64,000 nt of DNA from the IMG/VR virus record IMGVR_UViG_3300027779_000002. One strand, written 5' to 3'. The position numbers were made by a program, and so were the translations under genes. Each line of letters opens with the position of its first letter. The first letter of the stretch is position 1. This stretch comes from an uncultured virus (IMG/VR IMGVR_UViG_3300027779_000002). Taxonomy: Duplodnaviria > Heunggongvirae > Uroviricota > Caudoviricetes. The notes below the pieces were generated by a model. It was given only the letters and a program-made list of their open reading frames with translations. It was not told the origin of the DNA and did not search any database. Shown one piece after another: positions 58,852 to 64,000 of this stretch.

Positions 58852-60448
58852 ATGTTCTTGCCATTGTTATAATAGCGTTAGTAGATAATATAGTTATTGC
58901 TACAGAAACTGCATTTTGTAAAGCGTTCTTAGTTACTTTCATTGGGTCAATGATTCCCATGTCAATCATATTTCCATGTACTTCGTTCTTAACATCATAG
59001 CCTACTCCATTATGTTTATTAATTGGATATTTTTCTTCTATGGTTGCTCCTGCGTTTTCTAGTATTTGTGAAAGTGGTGCAGATAATGCACCATATAAAA
59101 TTGCGTCAGCAATTTTATGTGAATTTTTTTCTTTTTTTGATATGTATGCAGAACCAATATCATACAATGCTACTCCACCACCCGGTAAGATACCTTCTAA
59201 TAGTGCGGAACGTACAGCACAGACTGCATCATCTACCCTGTCATAGAGTTCTTTTTGTTCAATGTCGGTTTGACCTCCTACATATATAACTCCAATACCA
59301 CCGCTTAATGATGCTATACGAGATAGTATAAAATCTTTGTCATTTTTATTTGAAGCATTTTCATGTGCTTGCCACAATTGTAAAACTCTCTTTCCTACTT
59401 TAGCAACAGACTCAGTTGATTTAATTAATATACTAGACTCTTTACCAATTATACATTTATCAGCATGACCTAAGTCACTAAACGAAATTAATGATAAGTC
59501 ATCACCTGTTTTTTCAGAAAAGTAATTTGCTCCAACCGATACTGCAATATCTTGCATAAGCTCATGTTGTTTGTATCCAAACTGTGGAGGACCTATAACA
59601 CAAACTTGTAAACCATTCTTGACTACGTTTGCTGCTAAAGTATTTACAACATTAATAGACATAGGTGCAATAATTAATAATTTCTTTTGCTCATTAATAA
59701 TTGGCTTTAGTATATTCTCTATTGATAATACGTTTGATATCTCTGCATCACTTACTAAGACATGTACGTTATCTAATATACACTCGTCTTTCTTTTGATT
59801 ATTAATAAATAAAGGCGATGTCCACCCTCTCTCAATTTTAATTCCGTTTGTGGTCTCGCTATAAGTGGTACTTGAATCCGATTTCTCTACAGTAACTATT
59901 CCGTTTTTACCAACCTCCTTATATGTATCAGCAATAACTTTACCAATTACTTTGTCATTGTTCGCAGATATAACAGCTACATCAAGTAATCTTTTATTAG
60001 TAATTTTTTTTGAAACCTTTTTTAAATTGTCTATTACTACCTCAGTTTCTTTTAATACCTCTTTTAATACCTCCGCTCTGTTTGTGGTATCATCCATTAA
60101 GGCATCGCCTTGCTTAACTAATGCTTCAGTAAGAACAATAGCAGTAGTTGTGCCATCACCCGCAGAGGTTGCAGTATTATCCGCAGCCTGCTTCATCATA
60201 CGAACCGCAAGGTTCTCAACAGGGTCTAATAAATCTACAGCTTTAGCTACGGTTACTCCGTCTTTAGTTACGGTTAACCCGCCTGTTACATATTGTGATT
60301 CGATGAGGACTGTATTCCCTCTAGGACCTAATGTGCTTTTAACTGCGTTTGCGATTTGTGTAATTCCGGAAATAAGCTTTGCTCTTCCGTTTTCACCAAA
60401 GGATAATTCTTTGGGATTAAAGCCTGATGGCATGTTGATTTGATTCAT
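58829..60448 (-). CDS. groEL: chaperonin GroEL
   Basis: AVKSTLGPRG, TKDGVTVAK, AGDGTTTA, GILPGGG, GIIDP.KV. Confidence 0.95.
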   Translation of the reverse strand: MNQINMPSGFNPKELSFGENGRAKLISGITQIANAVKSTLGPRGNTVLIESQYVTGGLTVTKDGVTVAKAVDLLDPVENLAVRMMKQAADNTATSAGDGTTTAIVLTEALVKQGDALMDDTTNRAEVLKEVLKETEVVIDNLKKVSKKITNKRLLDVAVISANNDKVIGKVIADTYKEVGKNGIVTVEKSDSSTTYSETTNGIKIERGWTSPLFINNQKKDECILDNVHVLVSDAEISNVLSIENILKPIINEQKKLLIIAPMSINVVNTLAANVVKNGLQVCVIGPPQFGYKQHELMQDIAVSVGANYFSEKTGDDLSLISFSDLGHADKCIIGKESSILIKSTESVAKVGKRVLQLWQAHENASNKNDKDFILSRIASLSGGIGVIYVGGQTDIEQKELYDRVDDAVCAVRSALLEGILPGGGVALYDIGSAYISKKEKNSHKIADAILYGALSAPLSQILENAGATIEEKYPINKHNGVGYDVKNEVHGNMIDMGIIDPMKVTKNALQNAVSVAITILSTNAIITMARTYESNDSN

Positions 60449-60470
60449 AGTAGATTGTATTAAATTTAAA

Positions 60471-60478
60471 CAAAGATA
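60471..60478 (-). promoter_or_regulatory. -7 element TATCTTTG for groEL-groES
   Basis: consensus match 22 nt upstream of the ATG. Confidence 0.6.
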
Positions 60479-60496
60479 AAAAAAAGAATTAAGACT

Positions 60497-60690
60497 TGTG
60501 TCGTTATGTTGTTTTTTGTTTTACTCTACTCTCTCTCTCTATTTTTATTAAACGCATATATTAATTTTTTATTGCAGTTGCTTTTTCAAATTAACATTTC
60601 AACATTTATTTTTATAACTTATTGATTTATAATTATTTATCAATTTAATAATCAACATTAAATTAACACAGTATTGTTATTATATAACAT
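60497..60690. other. second origin-like AT-rich element
   Basis: TGTGTCG..ATGTTG left arm; AACATTTCAACA, AATCAACAT and AATTAACAC right arm; same architecture as 3336-3495. Confidence 0.4.
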
Positions 60691-60720
60691 AAAAAAAGAG
60701 GATTAATTAAAATCCCCTCT
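60691..60720 (-). terminator. intrinsic terminator
   Basis: AGAG/CTCT + GATT/AATC hairpin followed by U tract on - strand. Confidence 0.6.
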
Positions 60721-60755
60721 CTTCATCAACACACTTACTAATCAATCACTATACT

Positions 60756-60992
60756 TTAATACTCATAAATGTTTCTGTCTCCATCCATTCTCATCTTAGC
60801 TCTTTCAATTCCGTCAGCTATACAATCTATTTTGTATTGTTTTTTCATTTGCTGTCTATACATTGCAGCTTGAGCAATTCCTGTAACTCCGTCAGGTCTT
60901 GCATTTATCTCACGACCATTTTTTATATATAGTCCTTCAACATTATTTGAGATTTTATTATCTCTACTCATTTGTTTGTAAGGTTTTCTCAT
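60756..60992 (-). CDS. hypothetical protein (start MRKPY)
   Basis: first late-strand ORF; TATCTTTA promoter-like element at 61009-61016. Confidence 0.55.
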   Translation of the reverse strand: MRKPYKQMSRDNKISNNVEGLYIKNGREINARPDGVTGIAQAAMYRQQMKKQYKIDCIADGIERAKMRMDGDRNIYEY

Positions 60993-61050
60993 CACATTTT
61001 GTTTTCTGTAAAGATACAAAAAAAATTGTAAGATATGTGTAGTATTTAGA

Positions 61051-61271
61051 CTCCCCCCCCTCACACGCAATCACCCGACAAAAGAAAACTCAAAAAAAAA
61101 GTTGACCCCCCCTGAAGATTTAAATGTTTACGTTCAGATTTTTTAGGAAAACGCCTGACCCCTGTCACCCTCTACCCCTCCCCCCCCTGTACACCTACTG
61201 CTCTACGTTTGTCGTACCACATACCCACACACACACACGCATACACGCCTACCTTCCCCCTATTATATCCC
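61051..61271. other. C-rich non-coding junction (candidate genome end/packaging region)
   Basis: multiple C4-C9 runs and a (CA)n tract at the strand switch in an otherwise AT-rich genome. Confidence 0.45.
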
Positions 61272-61330
61272 TATATGAATCTTATAATATCATAACAAGC
61301 TAAGAGATATAAGAGTGCATCCCCTCAACG

Positions 61331-61338
61331 TATCTTTG
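61331..61338 (+). promoter_or_regulatory. -7 element TATCTTTG (candidate early promoter)
   Basis: consensus match upstream of + strand early genes. Confidence 0.45.
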
Positions 61339-61512
61339 ACATAAATAAATCGTAGTGAAATGTACTAAGCTAACACGCTAGTTATCAATGAGTTACAATA
61401 TCAATTAATAAATAGACAATAAATTATACTAAAATTGTACGATAATTCAAATAATTGTTGTAGTATTGCATTATATTACTAATTAAGGTAGTATAAACCA
61501 AAACTATATAAT

Positions 61513-61752
61513 ATGAAAAACAATAAAATAATAGCAGAGTTTATGGGTGTTGGTAAGCACTACGAGGCACAGAGCAGTAATCCATTTAACCAATACCACC
61601 AATCTTGGGATTGGCTAATGCCTGTAATAGCAAAGTTAGTGCAGAATTTTGGAAGTGGTTGGAAATTTGAGCAAGGATACGACTTAAATGTCAGATACAA
61701 AGAAGTAGTAAAGTTTATTAAACAAGAAAACGAAGATAAATTAAATAAATAA
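61513..61752 (+). CDS. early hypothetical protein (YH.SWDWLMPV motif)
   Basis: 79-aa ORF, first gene after the junction. Confidence 0.6.
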   Translation: MKNNKIIAEFMGVGKHYEAQSSNPFNQYHQSWDWLMPVIAKLVQNFGSGWKFEQGYDLNVRYKEVVKFIKQENEDKLNK

Positions 61753-61760
61753 AAAACATT

Positions 61761-62693
61761 ATGAAAAAATTCAAAAAAATCAACGTCTTTGAAGCTGTCA
61801 ACAAACAGGTTACAGATGGGTTAAAAAAATCAGGGATGTCTTGGTTCAAGGCTTGGACAGACTCAAACGGAAACATTCAAGACCCTATTAACAGATGTAC
61901 TAAGAGAGGTTACAACGGAGTAAACATCTTTATCTTAAACGCTACAGCATCTATAGAAGGTTATCCATCTAACGAGTGGGTTAGCTTTGCTGAAGCTAAG
62001 AAATTAGGCAGTAACGTTAAGAAGGGAGAAAAGTCAACTATGATAGTATATTGGAACATCGCTTACAGAGTAGAAGACAAGTGGTTTCCTAATCTAACTG
62101 CACTAAACAAGGCAGGTTATACGGAAGAAGATGCTAAAAAATTATTTACATTAAAACAATTCAGAGTATTTAATATTGCACAATGTGATAATTTAGAAGC
62201 GTGTAGAGAAATACCAACAGAGAGTGAAGATAACCTTGACATTCAACCAATAGAGTCTGCTGAAGCTATTGTAAACGGATACAAGAACGCTCCTAAAATT
62301 GTAGAGAGACCACAAGATTCTGCTTACTATACACCTTCAAGAGATACCATCACAATGCCGACTAAAGAGCAGTTTGTTGAGCGTACCTCGATAGATGATT
62401 TCTATAAGGTTTTATTTCATGAGATGATTCATTCAACAGGACATTCATCTAGATTAGATAGAAAACTTGTAGGTGTTACAGCTGACAAAGTTTCTTATTC
62501 AAAAGAAGAATTGGTTGCTGAGATTGGTGCAATGTATTTAACTTCGATTGCCCACCTGAATCCTAAAGACCATGAGAGACAGAGTCAAGCGTATATCAAC
62601 GGATGGATTAAGTTCATTAAATCTAGTCATGAAAAAGCATTGATATCAGCAATGACCAAAGCAAGACAGGGTGTTGATTTAATCCTTAAATAG
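61761..62693 (+). CDS. ardC: ArdC-like antirestriction/ssDNA-binding protein (DUF1738 + zincin-like domain)
   Basis: YNGVN..L, W.SF..A...G..V.KGEK, F.VFN..Q; AYY.P..D.I.MP, HEMIHSTGH..RLDR, YSKEELVAE. Confidence 0.85.
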   Translation: MKKFKKINVFEAVNKQVTDGLKKSGMSWFKAWTDSNGNIQDPINRCTKRGYNGVNIFILNATASIEGYPSNEWVSFAEAKKLGSNVKKGEKSTMIVYWNIAYRVEDKWFPNLTALNKAGYTEEDAKKLFTLKQFRVFNIAQCDNLEACREIPTESEDNLDIQPIESAEAIVNGYKNAPKIVERPQDSAYYTPSRDTITMPTKEQFVERTSIDDFYKVLFHEMIHSTGHSSRLDRKLVGVTADKVSYSKEELVAEIGAMYLTSIAHLNPKDHERQSQAYINGWIKFIKSSHEKALISAMTKARQGVDLILK

Positions 62694-62698
62694 CAGAC

Positions 62699-62725
62699 TA
62701 TCCTGAGCATGATACCAAACTGCTC
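62699..62725 (+). ncRNA. H-type pseudoknot, copy 1
   Basis: P1 TATC(62699-702)/GATA(62711-14); P2 GAGCA(62705-09)/TGCTC(62721-25). Confidence 0.7.
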
Positions 62726-62774
62726 CTGTCCACAAGTGAGTGCTTGTGCTGATGAGTTCAAAAGAACGAAACAG
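62726..62774 (+). ncRNA. type III hammerhead ribozyme, copy 1
   Basis: CTGTC^ - stem I CACAAG/CTTGTG - CTGATGA - stem II GTTC/GAAC - GAAA - CAG; canonical core with GUC site, predicted cut after 62730. Confidence 0.9.
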
Positions 62775-62799
62775 AAATATTAAATTAATAAATAACATT

Positions 62800-63189
62800 A
62801 TGTACACAAGAGAACAATTAAGTAAAATGACAACTGAAGAATTTTTAACAGCTATGGGTTTTGAGATTCAAATCGGCAATATTTGGAATCGGTCAGCAGA
62901 CAAATACGCATGGACAGAGACTTCAAAAGATGGTTATGATTTGTATGTACTATCAGACAATAATTCTAATCCTAGCATCTGTGATGACATTCATTATGAT
63001 GAATACGGATTCATTGATAGCTTCAAAGAATACATTCAACACTCCTGTTATTGTGAAGAAACAATCGCTATTGAAGAACACCTTTTAGAAGATGTAGATG
63101 CATTATTCGATGAAGATGAAATGTTTGATATTGCAGTTAAATTAGACAAAGCAGAGGAAGAAGAATTTGAAGAGGAAGTTACAGAGTGA
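62800..63189 (+). CDS. highly acidic 129-aa early protein (DNA-mimic candidate)
   Basis: ATG after TAAATAACATT leader; about 36 D/E versus 8 K/R by hand count. Confidence 0.65.
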   Translation: MYTREQLSKMTTEEFLTAMGFEIQIGNIWNRSADKYAWTETSKDGYDLYVLSDNNSNPSICDDIHYDEYGFIDSFKEYIQHSCYCEETIAIEEHLLEDVDALFDEDEMFDIAVKLDKAEEEEFEEEVTE

Positions 63190-63223
63190 TTTGGTAGTTT
63201 CGTTTATTTTTCGTACATTGCAA

Positions 63224-63250
63224 TATCCTGAGTAAGATACTAAACTACTC
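63224..63250 (+). ncRNA. H-type pseudoknot, copy 2
   Basis: TATC/GATA and GAGTA/TACTC (compensatory change relative to copy 1). Confidence 0.7.
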
Positions 63251-63299
63251 CTGTTTCGAGATGAGTGTCTCGACTGATGATTCCAAAAGGATGAAACGG
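63251..63299 (+). ncRNA. type III hammerhead ribozyme, copy 2
   Basis: CTGTT^ - stem I TCGAGA/TCTCGA - CTGATGA - T-TCC-AAAA-GGA-T - GAAA - CGG; predicted cut after 63255. Confidence 0.8.
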
Positions 63300-63320
63300 A
63301 AACTTAAATTAAATAACATT

Positions 63321-63551
63321 ATGAAAAAATTACACATTTATTTTATGAACGGATTTACATTCTTAATTGCTTTAGGAGTGTTGGTTATGGTAGCCAATGT
63401 ATTAGTACACATACTAAAAACAGACTTGATTTTTCTAGGAGACTTCCTAGCGTGGATGATTGGAGTAGGTGTCTTTGTTGGTTCTAGCTTTTTAGTATTA
63501 GGATTATTAATAGAAAACCACAAACAAGATTTAAAAGAACTTAAAAACTAA
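63321..63551 (+). CDS. two-TM early membrane protein
   Basis: ATG after the same TAAATAACATT leader; two hydrophobic helices. Confidence 0.6.
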   Translation: MKKLHIYFMNGFTFLIALGVLVMVANVLVHILKTDLIFLGDFLAWMIGVGVFVGSSFLVLGLLIENHKQDLKELKN

Positions 63552-63554
63552 ACA

Positions 63555-63701
63555 ATGGCTAAAACACAATTAGATGATTTAAACGACAAGATAAAAAACT
63601 TAAACTCTTTAAGGATACTTGCAGAGGGAGATGAAAAACTTCTTGCTCAAATACAAAACCTCATCGACAAAACAATATCAACCAAACTTTGGATAACTTA
63701 A
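63555..63701 (+). CDS. 48-aa hypothetical protein
   Basis: MAKTQLDDLNDKIKNL...; fills gap between neighbours. Confidence 0.5.
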   Translation: MAKTQLDDLNDKIKNLNSLRILAEGDEKLLAQIQNLIDKTISTKLWIT

Positions 63702-63713
63702 AAATAAATAACT

Positions 63714-63941
63714 ATGGAAAATATATTGCAAAATTTACAGAAATTAAAAGACAACACAAAACAATCTAGAACACATTCAATTGTTGATGAGATTAATGAA
63801 AAACTAACACATTTAAAAAACCTTAACAAATCTAAACTTGAATGGTACAATAATTTTGTCGATTTCGTTGAGGAATATGATGATGGAATTTATAACGATG
63901 CGTGTGAATACGCTGATAAAATCAAAGAAGATGAAAATTAA
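63714..63941 (+). CDS. hypothetical protein
   Basis: 75-aa ORF. Confidence 0.55.
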   Translation: MENILQNLQKLKDNTKQSRTHSIVDEINEKLTHLKNLNKSKLEWYNNFVDFVEEYDDGIYNDACEYADKIKEDEN

Positions 63942-64000
63942 AATACAACAACGAAGTGTCTACCACAAATTTGCTGAGGTAGAAATAGAGATTCCGAATG
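63931..64000 (+). CDS. partial ORF running off the window
   Basis: MKIKIQQRSVYHKFAEVEIEIP... Confidence 0.45.
   Translation, partial: MKIKIQQRSVYHKFAEVEIEIPN

Noticed and set aside
62740..62799. N-terminal extensions of track ORFs 62740-63189 and 63261-63551 (similar 'K..RN.KL.NNIM' peptides)
   Set aside because: They are translations of the repeated ribozyme and leader; the likely starts are 62800 and 63321
62699..63299. CRISPR mini-array or att-site interpretation of the two repeats
   Set aside because: Only two copies, 525 nt apart, diverged in paired stems; no cas or integrase genes; the hammerhead core explains them
1..64000. Stop-codon reassignment, tRNA genes, introns/inteins, integrase
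   Set aside because: Genes are long and tightly packed in the standard code; no tRNA, intein or recombinase motifs seen by eye (tRNAscan not run)

Overview
An AT-rich 64-kb stretch covering most of a tailed phage genome with podovirus-like organisation, most likely infecting Bacteroidetes (Flavobacteriia). The host inference rests on TAnnTTTG promoters upstream of many operons and AT-rich leaders lacking Shine-Dalgarno motifs. Layout: (i) + strand replication/recombination genes at 1-10.2 kb (annealing protein, PD-(D/E)XK exonuclease, SSB, primase-helicase, SF2 helicase, VRR-NUC, metallophosphoesterase); (ii) a long - strand late region at 10.2-61 kb (GroEL/GroES, basic microproteins, lysis, tail fibres, terminase, portal, scaffold, capsid, tail ring/muzzle, ejection proteins including a 3236-aa giant); (iii) a C-rich non-coding junction near 61.1 kb; (iv) + strand early genes from 61.5 kb, including an ArdC-like gene. 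The standout is two copies of a structured RNA cassette (62699-62774 and 63224-63299). Each is a small H-type pseudoknot fused directly to a type III hammerhead ribozyme, with stems supported by compensatory changes between the copies. They bracket a highly acidic, DNA-mimic-like ORF just downstream of the ArdC-like gene and would excise it as a 525-nt RNA with 5'-OH and 2',3'-cyclic phosphate ends. All protein calls come from motif recognition and gene order by eye; no database searches were run.
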